Positions 1-16,089 of a stretch of 64,000 nt of DNA are shown piece after piece. The stretch spans positions 369,768,001 through 369,832,000 of the forward strand of contig OZ024740.1 in assembly GCA_964016885.1 (NCBI GenBank). The letters run 5' to 3'. The position numbers and the translations under genes were made by a program. This DNA comes from Eledone cirrhosa (Eukaryota). Under the pieces are notes generated by a model that was not told the DNA's origin, made no database searches, and worked only from the letters and a program-made list of their open reading frames with translations. The first letter of the stretch is position 1; each line of letters starts with the position of its first letter.

Positions 1-564
1 GTGTTCGTTTCTTTTACTGAGTATTTTCATAGTTTGTCAATAAATTTGCTGTGTATTCGTAATGCTACTCACACAACACCAGATTCCGCCATTTTTTTCT
101 TTTTTGGGGGTGACCACTTATAGCGATGAACGGCTGCGTGTTCGTATCACGTCAGGGTTACCAATATTGCGGGAGTACTGGGTTGTATGAATGTAACAAG
201 GAATACATTGTTTGTGTAGATAATATTTAATTAACAATGGTAGATAGTATAGTTGTCATGTCAAAGAAATAGATGATAGAATGAAACAAAGTTAGTCGTT
301 ACCGTTTTGATTGCCAGGCAAACGCGGCTGGCAGAGGACGCCTGGCTAAGGCCAGGCGCCGGAAGGCCAAATGAGAGAATGAGAACTTAAAGTTGTTAGT
401 TTTATAGGGTTCTGACCGGAAGTTACAGAAAGGGTTCTACTTCCCGTCTAGATGTTAATCCAAACAAGGGAGACAACCGCTACATATTTATTTATATTTT
501 CAAAACATTGAGTGTTCTTCCTGTTGTTATATAGGACGTGATTACACACACATATATATGTGTT

Positions 565-735
<171 letters not shown>

Positions 736-1465
736 TAATCGTTAAGTCAGAAGGTACAATATTGTATTTATTCATTGTAGGTTTTCCTGTTATACCAGCA
801 TGGGGCTGTGGTACAAATAGTAAAACAGTGATCTGCATGAGGGTCTAGACAAGAACTATTATTAAAATATGTAATGGTATTGTGGACGGTTTTCCTAAAT
901 TAAAAGGAATGAAACATTAATTCCAGTAAGAGTAGCTCATCAAAGACAACTAATTACAAATAATTTACCAGTGGAAGAAATGAGCGATGTAGTAAACAAT
1001 AACGTTTAAATATAATAGGGTAAAGCGTACAGTTATTGAAGACTATCGTAGTGAGCAAAATTTATAAATGATAAAGTATACAAACACATTAAGTAAAGAC
1101 ATTTTACTAACTCTAATATATAGTTACAAAGGATAACATACACTAAAATAGAGCTAAATTGATACTAATGGGAATGATAAAGCCTAATATCACTTCGTAA
1201 GTGAATTTATAAAAAATATGTTTAGAATATATAAAAGGAAAGTTAACATTAGGGAAGCATAAAACATCATTAAATATATCTATAAAAATATTAATGTTCA
1301 GTGAATTAAGAAATTTCACTGACTAAATTAGATTAGTACAGAGATAATCTACATTAAAAATATGGCTGGGGAACGAATATCATGTTTCGGGATAGTTTAA
1401 TATAATGGTAATGTATAAAAAGTATATGATACAAATTCTCTAATTATGAATAAGAATATATAAAC

Positions 1466-2093
1466 AAGGGTGTAATAGGTCTAATTAATCTGGCTCGAAG
1501 AAAGAAAATGTCCTATGTGGATAACGAGGAAAGATATATTTCGAATTGAGAAGGATATTTTTAAAGTAATTATTTCTAGCGCATCTAACGTTTATACAGA
1601 GACAGGCCTGGTGGGTGGGCGGAGTCTTTTGAAAGGCATAGGGCCTCTTATTATCCCCCTCCGCCTTCCATCCAGGGCTTGTTGTGCTCGTCCGGGAGTT
1701 CACTTGACCGTTGGTACAAAGGCGGAGAGCGTCAAGGACGAACTCAGTCGTCCTAGCGGCACCAGAGTGCATCCTATGAGATTCTTGTTCTCGCCTGAAA
1801 TTATTCTTGTTATCTGAGGCCCCACATAACTGTGCCAGGTCGTAGACCATGGTTTTACGGAATTTAAGCGATTCAATTATTTCTTTGGCTTTATGACCGA
1901 CGCGAAGTCTCTCTACAACAACAGCTCGACGATCGGATTCTGAAAACATGTCGATTACTAAGCAACTCGTGCGCCAATAGCCAGACATCTACTTGGTGTA
2001 GTAATTTTCTATCGGCACCCTCGAAACATCACTACACAACAACCTCACGACGCTGTTCCCATGTAAATATCCTGGATATATCTGCACCTCACT
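1466..2093 (-). mobile_element. Internally deleted Tc1/mariner-like DNA transposon remnant
   Basis: ORF 1485-1988(-) contains DRRAVVVERLRVGHKAKEIIESLKFRKTMVYD, resembling a Tc1-type N-terminal HTH. The ends loosely resemble CAGGGTG...CACCCTG terminal inverted repeats near TA. Confidence 0.5.
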
Positions 2094-3286
2094 GTATATA
2101 TTATCAAGATAATTACATTAATGGTTAAGAAGTAATGGATGGATGTAAAGCACTTGTATACATCTTACCCCCACGTGTGGACAGCTGCACATACCCAGAA
2201 TCCGAAATTAAGTTCTAAATGTGAAGCATGCCCAAACTGCATGGAAGCACCATATTAGATTTGTTTATTAGTTAGGCCATGGGTGTGTACGTGTTAGAAT
2301 CTGTCGGTGTATTTAGATGGCGATACTGCTAATACATGTATTTTTGTGCTTGGCTGATACTACAGTTAATTCTGTAAATAAATTCAGGTAAGGCCTATGT
2401 TTTACTGTGTGAACATTTCATTGTTGTGTAGAATTACGGGCAGTAGTTACAGTTGGGGTTATGGTTAGGCGCAATAGGTATATAGGATTGTCGACTAAGT
2501 GTAATTATGTAGTTCAGGCTTAGTTCTCAGTGTGGGTTTTAACTTCATTTGTTTCAAAAGGTGTTTCCATGCACGTTTAATTATATTAAATGCCTCGTTA
2601 CTGGAATTGACAGAGTGGGTGTAATAGTTAGCATATTTCTACTCTTTAAAACTGTTATTGCTTAGACTGATTCACATGTGATGGGCGTCGTTCATGGAAT
2701 TTCTATTTTCGTTAGTAATTCTTATTAATATATTTGGCTTTACGTATGTAACATCTGGAATGTCTATATATCAAACAATTCTCATGCTTTGAGAAATGTT
2801 GCTTGATCTTGCCTTCACTCACACTCACTTAGATCTGTTGACTTAGGTCCGTAGACAATGGTTTCCACATTAGAAGCCTCGGCTAGAGGGTTTCATTCAA
2901 GCCACCGAGGAACAATCTGGTATTTTAAGTTTGGCAGGCTATATCGTGATGTAAAAATTCATGCTGTTAGCACAAGGAGCGTCAATTTTGACATATGTTC
3001 GTTTATCAGGCAAGTAACATGTCATCCGTTACAAGACGTAAATAACCTACCATACAAACATTGCACATATTAGAGTCAATTCGTTTCATTCCATTGTTTC
3101 TCGCATAAAACACTCATTTGCAATATGTTTCAATACCCCTCAGTCTACATGCTTCAAAACCGGCAATGCATACTAGTAGATATCGGTCTATAATAAACAC
3201 ATCACATACACACAAAGGCCTACAAAACAAAACACATACAAACACAAAGAATTGCACACACACACACACACACTCACACACGCGGG

Positions 3287-3384
<98 letters not shown>

Positions 3385-3486
3385 TAGACTTCTCCAAAAC
3401 AAACCTTTTTGCTGTATATATATAAATATATATATATGTGAGAGTGTGAGTGTGTGTGTGTGTGTGAGTATGCGTGTGTGTGTGTA

Positions 3487-3563
<77 letters not shown>

Positions 3564-4029
3564 AGCAAAAACGTTTGATTAGAAAAGTCTGCTGAAGATC
3601 TGAATTTGTCGTTGTTATTAATTTGTCTTTCAGGTCTTATGTCTTGTTGTCTATTTCTGTGCTGTCCTGATTTATCTATTTTATCCCATTTTCCAATCTT
3701 TACATTTGATTTATTCCATTTTCCAACGCATAACGTCTTCATAATCGTTTCAAAAGTTAATTCAAAACTTGGTGGCTGATTTCTAACTAATTCATTTACA
3801 ACCCATCGCAACCTCACTCACATACCCTGGGGGAAACCGAAAACTATATTAAATGATACACATTAAATGATATACATATATATACATGTATATAAATTGC
3901 AAAGTGTCACCACAGAATATGAACCTGGAGATTGCGAAAGCATGAAAGTACTTGTTCAATTAAGACTTAACATTTAATATTCTACCATACTATTTCATTC
4001 TAATACCATTATAATTTTAAAGGATTGTG

Positions 4030-4210
4030 AATTGGCAGTATCGGTAGAGGGTCGGACGCCATGCTTTCCAGCATATTTACGTCCCTTTACGATCTGAGTT
4101 CAAATCCCGCCGAGGTTGATTTTGCCTTTCATCCTTACGGGGTCGATAAAATAAAGTACCAGTAATGCACTGGGTAATTGCTGTCCTTGTGCCTAAAGTA
4201 GAAACAATTA
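4030..4210 (+). mobile_element. tRNA-type SINE, abundant family A
   Basis: B-box-like GAGTTCAAATCC followed by GCCTTTCATCCTTACGGGGTCGATAAAATAAAGTACCAGT. The same sequence recurs at least ten times in the window. Confidence 0.85.
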
Positions 4211-5178
4211 TATTTTAAAGGATTGTAAATAAAACGAGTAAATCAGACGAAGTTGGAATTCCTTTTATTAATATATATATATTGTTATACTGTACCTCTC
4301 TCTATATGTGGTGTGAATATATGCACTTTGTAGACTATGAAATGTATGTGTTTTAACTATGCCAACATGTACTTATCTGAGTTTTTATGCATAAACATAT
4401 TAGTAATATTTTAGAGCGTATAATATGTTATATTATGCTGAGTGCAATTTACTACACCGTACTATATTCTGTTGGTTAAGTTGTATGTTATCGCATTACT
4501 ATATCATATTATCTTATTATAATGTTCATCTTTCCTAGCCATCTTTCCTAGCCATAACATTAATTTATATTCACCTTAAAACTCAATACAACACTAATCA
4601 CCATTTATTTTGACATTCCTTTTAAATTCACTATACAAGATACATTCAACTATCAGTTTGACAATCCCCTTCCTAATAGATTTTTATGCCATTTCTACTA
4701 ACACCTTTCAACCATTCCTTTCAAAGGTTCATGACCTCAACTAAAGTGTATTACTTTTCATCTTAACACCATATGAAAAAAATAATTTGATTCGTTAGTT
4801 CTTCAACTACCTCCAAATATGGACATGATACTAATTCTGAGTAAAATTAATATTGAATAAAATTATTATTGCTTTTGAAAACAGCTGGTGATATGCATGT
4901 AAGTAAATATTCTCTCTATCTGATAGTTTGTAAACTTACATAGATCAATAACTGAGTATAGATACAATGTATTATCACCATCTAGAAACAATCGTAAAGC
5001 AGTGAAGTATATCTCTAATGACTTGATTTTTATTTCATTGTTTTAACTTATATCATGACACTTTTCCTTTTAATGTTTTATTGTTTTCTGAGATTTATCT
5101 TAACCTACAACATTTTCAACATATGGATTACATTGAGTTCTTCATACAGAATAGACCCCTCAACTTACAGTGAATACC

Positions 5179-5249
<71 letters not shown>

Positions 5250-5253
<4 letters not shown>

Positions 5254-5447
5254 CGGAGGAGTTGTGGTAAGGAACCAGATGGACCATAACGCACCAGAGT
5301 ACTCAATACTTAGGGTAGTAGAGGAGAAAGTATGACCCGACGGCAGAGCTCAAACCGTTTCTACGGCTATTTCTGGACTAAAGAGTAGTCCAGATATAGC
5401 CGCCGAAACAGCTTCAGCTTTGCCGTCGGGGTCATACTTTCTCCTAT
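5250..5447 (-). mobile_element. Short foldback element (probable PLE 3'-end remnant with inverted arm) in (TA)n
   Basis: Hairpin at about 5322-5445 plus a unique tail. Homologous copies at about 6352-6507 and 53330-53508. Confidence 0.6.
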
Positions 5448-5517
5448 ATTTAAATATATATATATGTATGTGTGTGTGTGTGTGTGTATATATATATGTG
5501 TATACAAACATACATAT

Positions 5518-5591
<74 letters not shown>

Positions 5592-5613
5592 ATGTATGTA
5601 TATATATATATTT

Positions 5614-6353
<740 letters not shown>

Positions 6354-6507
6354 ACAAAGACGGTCTGGTAAGATACCAGATGGACCATAATAGACCAGAC
6401 TACTCAATACATAGATAGTAGAGTGGGTAATAGGAAAAGTGTCCGTTCGGATCTAGCCCTTGAAACGGCCGCAGCTTAGATGTCGGGTTCCTGACTCTTT
6501 TCCTATG

Positions 6508-6550
<43 letters not shown>

Positions 6551-6710
6551 AAAGTAAGTCCATAGAATCATTAGATTAAATATATACTGTATTTCATCTC
6601 CCAATCAGCATAAATCAACCACAAAAGAAATAATTTAAACGAGGCTATACGTTTAAAATATACTTATGAAGAAACAATAGATAAATGACAGCTTTTTATC
6701 CGCTACTCAC

Positions 6711-6744
6711 AGCTACAGAGAATTTACCTAATATCCCTAATAGC
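6711..6744 (-). CDS. Possible small host exon (LLGILGKFSVA)
   Basis: Minus strand has a ttctacAG acceptor and GTGAGT donor around a 34-nt open segment, phase-compatible with a candidate exon at 8323-8367. No homology recognised. Confidence 0.25.
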
Positions 6745-7087
6745 CTGTAGAAATTAACTAGACATAAAGTCAACCATACATAATTAGGCACAAAATGAAA
6801 GTTAAAAGAAAAAATGTACATAAACTTTACCAAAATCATCAAAATATTTATACCCCAAGTGGTTTCATTCCATTTTTGAATATATCCGATCTTGGATAAA
6901 TCAGATAACTCAATTGGACAAAAATTGTTCTTACATGATCCCCGCCAGAAACGAATTCAAAATGGCTACGAATCATCTCGTGGCTAGTGATCAAGGCAGA
7001 AAGTTTATGATTGGTGCCTGTCGGCGAGTAGGTTGGTTGCTAGAAAGCGCACCGAACACTGCTTAAAGTTTTACTCAACATTACGGG

Positions 7088-7348
7088 AGTATATACAATT
7101 TAAAGGGTATATACATATAAACTAGACAGAGTCATAGACATATATATATGTTTCTGGCAAAAATATGGTGTGGCTCAATGACGAATTAATTAAATATTAA
7201 AAATCAGAGCAATATATAAAAATATATATTGCTCTGATTATTAATTATTTAATTAATTCGTCATTGAGCCACACCGTGAATGGTTGCCAAAGTCATATAT
7301 ATATATCTATGACTCTGTCTAGTTTATATGTATATACCCTTTAAATTT

Positions 7349-7350
<2 letters not shown>
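7088..7350. repeat. Foldback inverted repeat, about 130-bp arms
   Basis: TTTAAAGGGTATATACATATAAACTAGACAGAGTCATAG... is mirrored by ...CTATGACTCTGTCTAGTTTATATGTATATACCCTTTAAA around a centre near 7219; it abuts (TA)n. Confidence 0.85.
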
Positions 7351-7379
<29 letters not shown>

Positions 7380-7401
7380 ATGTGTGTGTGTGAGAGAGTA
7401 C

Positions 7402-7456
<55 letters not shown>

Positions 7457-8106
7457 TGCGCGTGTTTATAAATATATGGATAAATCCATAAAAATATACA
7501 TCAATATACTATATTTATTTAATCTCCTGGAAATATAAGGCTAATGCGAAGGAAATTGTATTTTCTGTGGTTCATTCTTTTCAGTACTGAGTATGAGATA
7601 GAGAAAATGGGCGAATAAAGCTACAATAAATTAGATAATAGAAAGTGTCAAATATATATTTAAAATTCTTCGCATGTGTGTGTGTTGCATGTAATATTCT
7701 GTTCATGATATATTCCTATAAAATGCAGTTACTTTGAAAAAAAGGGTTTGTATTATTTTATAATAGATCCCCGATCACTAACCTTCGTATGTAATTTAGT
7801 TACTAATGTCATGACATGGTGTCATTGGCCGGGATGCCAACCAATGATATAAAAACCTTTTGTCATTAATTTCAAATGCTTTTATTTCATCATTCGTACA
7901 GTTTTGTTATATAAGATCAAATATATAAACTTTGACAAACTGCAAATGCTAAATATATTGTATTTATGTATGAGGCAGGCGCCGATATATAAGGGAAAAT
8001 GTATATATATATATATGAAAAGTTAAATCGCTAAATCCAGCGGTAATGTCATTCAATAATTCAGACTAAGTGGAAGGCGAATGCTTAGAGGAGAGACAGT
8101 CAGTAT

Positions 8107-8163
<57 letters not shown>

Positions 8164-8322
8164 CAACGAATACTGTACTGATGAGGGACATAACCCTGTA
8201 ATAGTTCAATCTCAAGACAGAAAGGAAACAACACAACTTTAGAAGAATTTTCGACCATCTACTTATATGCCAAAAACAAGATATGTATATCGCTTCTGCA
8301 GTATATGATTACTCTCACTCAC

Positions 8323-8367
8323 TTGTCCTCTGCCTGTAGTTCTTCTCCGCATCTTTCAGACTTTCTT
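8323..8367 (-). CDS. Possible small host exon (RKSERCGEELQAED)
   Basis: Purine-rich 45-nt segment with a GTGAGT donor and a weak AAG acceptor on the minus strand. Speculative. Confidence 0.2.
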
Positions 8368-9589
8368 CTTGGATAATTTAGATAATGAAACAAAGAAACG
8401 TAAATATATAAAAAATATGAAGTGAATATAAAATTGTTACTACTTTCCCATAGATATCGGAAAAAATCGCAGGAGGTATGAATACACATGTGTATATGTA
8501 AAATATATATAATTCATTAATTAATTGTAGAGGACTCAGTGATAAAAATGTAAAAGACCGCCGAGATTAGTATCCCTTCACTTAGACAGAGTTCTTATCA
8601 AGGCTGGTGAGTTCTATCTACTCGGAGCAATTCGGTTTAACGACATGTAAATTCGTGTTTTCCCCTACTCCTTGTCAATTCCAAACATCTGCACAACGAG
8701 AAGACCAGAATGTTTCGATTGCCAGGGCTATATGAGACGCAAGACGATTGAGGCCTGTAAGTAAAAAGTAAATAAACCTACATAATGCATACATACGAAC
8801 ATACACCCACAGGGACACACACATTTATATATATATTTAAGACGTTTACCCGAGCGGTTAGAATTATGAATCCAGATTTGGTTACTGTTGGAGATTTTAT
8901 AGATTACGTTTGTCATTTGAGGCAAGAAAATGCTGTTAGTTTATGTATTACAAGTTTTCCTCTCTGTATATACGACATCATATCTGATCCTTGGCACATA
9001 TTTGAGGAACAATCATGAGATGTGTATGCCTGTGTATAATTTATATATACATGTATGTGTGCACATATATATGTATGTATTATCTATGTATATCGTTTTC
9101 GTTCACCATCGTATCTTTCTTACACAGAGGTCATTTGCATAACGGTATAACAATTGCTTTCCCAGTGAATACTGCGTGGAGGTTGGCTCTGTCCCCTAAG
9201 ACCTATGTTGCGATATAAATATGTTCATATGTTCATTATTTGCTCATACATGCATAAACAATCTTTTCACGCGTATCCTTTTTCTCAATCTGCATGCCCA
9301 TTTTATTATCTCAGCTATATGGACACTATACATATAGACCTCTAGCTATACACCCATATGATATATGAATATGATATATTAACAAAGGTACTCACACAAC
9401 ACACACACATAAACACAAACAAACAAACAAAATCACTAAGGCGTGAATGGTGTTTTCATACACCTTTAATTACGCATATATATAATTTTATTCCCTCACA
9501 AATAAAACATTGAAATTCAAATATATCCTTTTACTGACAAGACAGTGGCAAGAACATTTCAGGAGCGGTGGTCATTATTTATTATAGCA

Positions 9590-10600
9590 TTATCAGATTG
9601 TGTAGATAACATTTCTCCATGGCTGTATGAATACTGCGAAGAAAGGAAAGTTCCAATTACATAGTATTTGGCTTCCAGACAAATACGTTTAAATTTGTTG
9701 CTTCAATATTCCTCCGTAGAAATCGAGATGACAGAAGAGCATCATGCTTTAAAGTTAAAAAAAAGGCAACAATTGTACTAATACTGTACAAATATGCTAA
9801 AAGGAGCATGGCAAAAGGTTTTGATTGTTCGTATGAGCCAACGATGGTTCAATAAATTTCGACATTTACAAGAGGTTTGAGTGGTGATTAAGCTTAGCAA
9901 GTGGGTTCTATATGAACTGAATGAAAACAATCGAAGAGTATTTGTTTTCATCTGCAACACTCTTCATTCTCGATAGTGGAAATCTCCATTATTTGACTAT
10001 CTAGCAACAAGGGAGGAAACTTGTATACTCTATTAAAATGTTAAACGCTAAGGGTAGTGGGCTTAATCAGGACAAGAAGGTTTGGTAAACATGTGTTGTC
10101 ACATAACGAGTGTAATGCACTTTGAAACCTTGACACAAAACCAGACAACCACAGCTCAAATGTACTCTGAACAACATGATCGATTTAATGAAAAGTTAAA
10201 AAAAGGTACTCTTTTGTCAAGTGAAGGGTTGCTACTTTTTCTTACACAATTCCCGAACTAATAGTTCAAAAATTACATGTTCCATAATTGAGGAACTTGG
10301 CCGTAAAAGCATTCCACTTCTTCCATATTCTACTGATCTTGCGACTTCTGATTATCATTTATTCTGACGTTTACAACAGTTTATTAATGGAAGAGTACAA
10401 TTCCTGAGAGACATTTGAAGTGGACTTGTGTGAGTTTTTTTTTTCCTCAAAGCCATCAGACGTAAGAAACCTTTCACATCGTTGGAAGCATAATGTTGAT
10501 TTAGATGGTAAATATATTCTTGATTAACTTATTGCGTAACTTTTCTATTTCTTCAAAACCTACTACCAACAACGACATTACTATTGAGATGATCTAATAT
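9590..10600 (+). mobile_element. Degenerate mariner transposon
   Basis: 10323-10364 translates to PYSTDLATSDYHLF, matching the mariner YSPDLAPSDYHLF motif. No long ORF; boundaries approximate. Confidence 0.7.
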
Positions 10601-10684
10601 ATATGTATATCCGTGTGCGTGGTGTGATTTGTTTGTGTGCGTGTGTGAGTATATATATATATTAATTTAGTAATGTATATATAT

Positions 10685-10715
<31 letters not shown>

Positions 10716-13700
10716 GTGTGTGCGTGCTCATTTTCCAAGTAGTTTTCTTAAAGATAAATCATGAAGTTTCACAAGCTCTACTTCTTCGATCCGGCATCTT
10801 CTAATATTTATTAAAGTAGACACATCATATACATTTCTAGTCAGAATTATTTTGACAAACTCATATAAAACAGCGTTAAAATAAACTACGAAATAAATGA
10901 AGTTGTGTTCATATCACATATAATTATTATCAAATATACTTTCTATTACCAAACATACTCCCTGAATATTACAGGTGTGTACACTAAAAATACAATTATT
11001 ATGAAAGGTAAGATAACTATTTAAATTTCAAACATTATTAAAATTGGGTTATATAACGAAGTAGTGCAACCGAATCTCACTGACCCGTAAAACCCCGTTT
11101 TCATGATATCATATTACATTTGCTAGAATCATTTCACGTGAAATATATTTGCTTTAATATTTCGCTTGTGTAGTTATGCAATACTATGCAACAATTTTGA
11201 TTTGTACTCTGTAAAATGTTCGAATAAATCAACATCATTCCGTCAATATGCACCTGTCATATAAAATGTCTAGTTCATATCTTGAAACGCAAGAGTCAAC
11301 AGGCCGTATGAATATGGAAATTGCGAATATTAATAATTCGTTTTCATATTTTCTTTAATTTCCCAAATACGAAGACGGTCTGAGATGGCATCTCTTTATT
11401 GATTACTTTCTTATTGAGATGTAGATTTCTTTTTGAATAAGGGGGGGGGGGGGGTATCTATCAATATACTATTTTATTTCAATTGAAATGATTGCCTATC
11501 TTGGTATGGGTTAGTCCTTAAGATAAACATTAAATCTCTTCGTTTTATGTATAATTTTATTTTACTGCGATTTCTGCACAAAATATGATAGCACCCCCGT
11601 TACTGATTTTTTCATGCAGCTGAGTTACGTATTTCACTCGATTCATTTATTTACGTTATAGTTCAATTCAGTTTATATTATCAAAACTCTTATATTCTTC
11701 TCTAATCTTGTGAGATTCGAACCAACGATTGTTAGCGACCCCTCTGAAATTGTCACCTTACTACTAAATATAAAATTAATACTATACTGCATTTTATATC
11801 GATTTCATTTAAATAAATGTAAATAATCTGTATTTACCTCCTGTGTTAATGGATTAATCAATATGATAATAAATAGTTATATTCACGACAACTGTAAATT
11901 CCTTGACTCACTACATTAAATATGATAGAACCGAATCTATAATATCCTACTTGTACTTATTCTTCAATGAGGGGTGCAAGTTAAATGCAACTGTCATGTG
12001 TGGCAGAATAAAAAAAAAAACATTTAAATTAAACACCAATCACATTTCCCAATTTTACCACCTTCTGCTGTCTCTATTTCATACGATTATTTTATTATTT
12101 TACATACTACAATACTTTTCGTAGTATAGTCCTTATGGAACTACCATATTTAAGGTATAATATAGGATAGATTTAATATATAGAAAATGAGTAAATCTTT
12201 CATCAATATCTTCACCGGTTTTGTGGAAATTATGAAAAGATATTCCGACAAATGTTCGTATATTTTTGTCCTTAAAACATACAAATATGCATTTGTCTTG
12301 AATGTGTTAATTTATTTAAAGCTAAATAATTCTATTAAAGTCAAAATTAGATTATATAATTTTCTTGACTTTTCAAATCGCAAAAACAGTTGTACCAAAT
12401 AAATATTTAGCACCTTGCTTGAGAAATTAAAATGAAGATGTTAGACGTAAACACGAATTGTTGGCTTTTTGTTAAAATACGAAGAAATGATTGACCAAAT
12501 GTAACAAAAGTCAGCAATATATACATAGCTAATAATTTATTAGAAATAATTATTTATAAATGAATTGCAATACTGTTAGTATTAAAAGGAATAGTTAATC
12601 AACTTCATATCGGTATATGTAACGTAGTGAAACATTATTTACTGCGGTGATTCAGCAGAATAAGTAGAATATGTACATTCCTCTCGGAAATCTCCAGCTA
12701 ATTATATTGACAACTTCTCACTAGATATTATACATATCTGTTATACACAGTATGTAATATTATGTATACCACAAATTTATGTCTTTATCTAATGAACGGG
12801 CAAAGAATTGTATCTATATATTCCCACTATTGGCACACATTCGACATCATTATTTTTTTGACACAGTTAATTTTATAGCCGCCTGTATATTACTCACTCT
12901 TGAGAGACCGAAAGAGAGATTCTAAGCATCTCAGTTTGAAGTCAGAAGCTACATAGAAGATTTGGTGTCGAACATATTGCGACTGTATAATTGGAATACA
13001 TTGGGACCCATAATATGTTGTTTTACATTTCGAATTCATTATCGTCGATGGTTAATGCAAACTTTCAATGTCTCTGAAATTAATTGCTCAACTAGCGGAA
13101 TCGAGATAATCAATTATTCGCGCCCCTAAATATATATGACTATGTGCGCCCGGCAGAGAATATTTTTCTTCTTAAAGCTGTTGCGATAGCATACATAATT
13201 ACATGAAAAATAATTACACTTCTGTATTTCATTTAGTTCTTCTTTCTGTATTGTTATTTCACTAGGTTAAATTCGACATATTCTCGTTCTAAAATCGATA
13301 CAATAATTGTTCATATATTTGACACAAGATCAGCAATTTGATGTAAAAGGGAAAGTCGATTACATCAAACCCAGTGTGTTAATGATGCTTCATTTTATCG
13401 ACCCCTGAGGATGAAAAGCAAAATTGACAGTCGGCAGGAATTGAACGCAGAATGTAAATGGCATATAATTATATGCTGGAAACTATGGTGTCCAACCTTC
13501 TAACGAAACTGCCTATCAACAACCAATCTCGTTCTGGAATCGATATGATAATGACCTGGTCCTCTATATGTTCACTATATGTTCATTATGCGTTCAATTC
13601 TTCAAATAGTTATTTTAGACATAAACAATGTTCAATTGTCAGATAGTTATTTTAGACATAAACAATGTAAAAGGTAATTTTTACTCAAACTAAAACCTGT

Positions 13701-14503
13701 TTTTTACGTTTGAGCTAATCACAATACTGAAATAGTCAACTGGAATAATTGATCTACAAAACCGAATAAATTATAATTCACATTAAAATATATACCAGCA
13801 CAAAATCACTTTTCTCCCATCGAAAATATACAAAACTACCTGACAGCTATATAAATCAATGTCATCTGTAGAAGTCAATCCGTATTATCTCTGTTTGAGA
13901 AAAGTTTTAGTCAAAAGTAATCCAGTCGAGACATGCATGCCCATTCTACATTCACACGTCGTTGACTTCATTGTCCAGTACGCTGTCCGTTAAAAGACAG
14001 TATGACTCTAAATGAGAAGGATTTGTTTTGAGTTTCTGCAGTTCGAACAACAATGTAGAGGATTTTGTCGCTAACTTAAATGGCAGAGTCATTGTAATAT
14101 TTGTTTTTGATAAGCATAAACTGTTCTTCCATTTTTCCATTGATCTTTCATTATATGATTTTATTATCCAATATTTTAAAGAATAAAATTAAGACGCTTT
14201 TCATGAAATTCTTTCATGATAAATCAATAGACATGTCTGTAAACCAGATTTATAGGAAATACGTATTTAAATGGAATACTTATGTTATATATAACAATGT
14301 GCTTTATTTTATCAATATGGATATCGAATATATAATCCGGAATGTTTACGGTTAAAATCTCAACTTAAAGCAGTTGACATGTTATCAATTTGAAAATCAC
14401 GACTCACCTTTCTTCAAAATCTGTTCTGTATTCTGTACACAGTACTACGCCTCTCTCACTATTTCTCTCTCCCCTTCTATGTCTCTCTGTCACCGTACCC
14501 CCT

Positions 14504-14570
<67 letters not shown>

Positions 14571-14849
14571 ATTTTCAATCCTGGGGTTATGAAAAACAAA
14601 AAAACGGAAATCTATATAATGCATCATCAATTTTCTATCAGATAGACAATTATATCAAGTAGTATGGATTAGGACGATCAAATCGTCAACAACAACAAAA
14701 GAGACGAGTTGCGGAAAGACATTCATGACAAAGAGCGAACACACCTGTGCAGAGGTTAGGAATATCTGTAGATGCTCCTCTCTAAGTGCAGAGCTGCAAA
14801 AGCATTGACTTGTCAACGTTTCATATTTTTCTAAGACGTTGCCTACCAC

Positions 14850-15720
14850 CTTGATTTCCGAGGTGTTCGACCCAATCATGGTACCACCGTACCTGTATAC
14901 GTATGCAGCCCTTCCACGTCCCTGCAGGAGCAGCATGTCCTGCGACAGCTTTAACTTCTGCAGTTAAGAGTTCGAGATTCAATAAATACAGAAGGAACGA
15001 AAGCAAGCACCCTTAAAGGATCGAGCACTTGATTTGGAACAGTTGCGATATGTGGTTATTTACTTCTATCACCGAGGAGATACCTCTGTGCATTGCAGCG
15101 AACCAGCCTCCGAAGACCTCGACCCAAAGGAGCTGCTTTGGGAATAGAGTGTAAGTATCGATGGACGACGTTATGGAAAGCTATCGTTTAATCCAAATTC
15201 ATTATAGACGCACCGAAGTCGGATTTATTCCGTATCCTCTCTATGCTGTATTGCCTGAGTTGGAGGTTGCGGTCTATGAATTCGTTTGAGATTGCAAAGA
15301 TTTACTCCTCCTTCACCAGATTCTTGACAGCAAACGCTAACCTCGTTGCTAGCACCTTAGCCAAAATCCTAAATTGTATCTATAACGTCTTCCTTGCATG
15401 TCTTTTTTCTTCAGGTTTACTTCGCCCCTCAAATTAGAGGATTTTAAATCCTTCCGTTCTGCTGCCAGTTGAAGTAAACGATTTCGAGATCAGACTCCAT
15501 ATTTACTTAAATCTCGTAGGGCATACCATCAAAACCGAGTTATTTCTGCCTCGTAGAGGCGGTCGTGGCGTTCCGAATCTCGGCGGCTGTTATGGACGTT
15601 TTGCATCACACCGCATCAGCCGCAGAGAGTCGAGGAAAGGCATCAAAGTAGGAACTGTAGTCCCCTATTTTCTCCAAACCCCGCTCGCTACGAACAGTTT
15701 GCTGTTGAGGGCAAAAATGG
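14850..15720 (-). mobile_element. L1/Tx1-like LINE reverse transcriptase fragment, decayed
   Basis: Minus strand encodes GFDGMPYE and ILAKVLATRL, typical non-LTR RT motifs. Confidence 0.65.
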
Positions 15721-16089
15721 CTTACGTTTCAGTTTCCAAGCAGATATGTCAACGGGGTGTTGCCATCAATGACCACACGAAGCTCTACGTCAATGGAAAG
15801 GCAAATTAGGTATGAGATCTTGTCAATCTTCGCCGGATTGATCTGGACAAGTATCACCAGACTGATCCCGGACTTGTCTTTCTTCGAGATGTTTCGCTTC
15901 TCTCTGGGTTGAAGATTAGTAGTGTTCAATAGATGTCTATCTCTGGCATGGTCCCAGAAAATATAGTCTTTAGTATTCTTGTTGTCATTTAAGATGTAAA
16001 CATTATGAAAAGGAACAGTAGAACACAGAGTACTACTTTCTAAGGCCCTCGCTTTTGAAGAACACTGAGAAGCTCTAAAACATCTTGGC

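Noticed and set aside
8170-8212. CTGATGA-GGG-ACATAA-CCC motif
   Set aside because: GAAA box is missing (TGTAA) and there is no stem I; at most a decayed remnant.
13952-14140. Non-repetitive 62-aa minus-strand ORF as an exon
   Set aside because: Weak splice signals and no recognisable domain.
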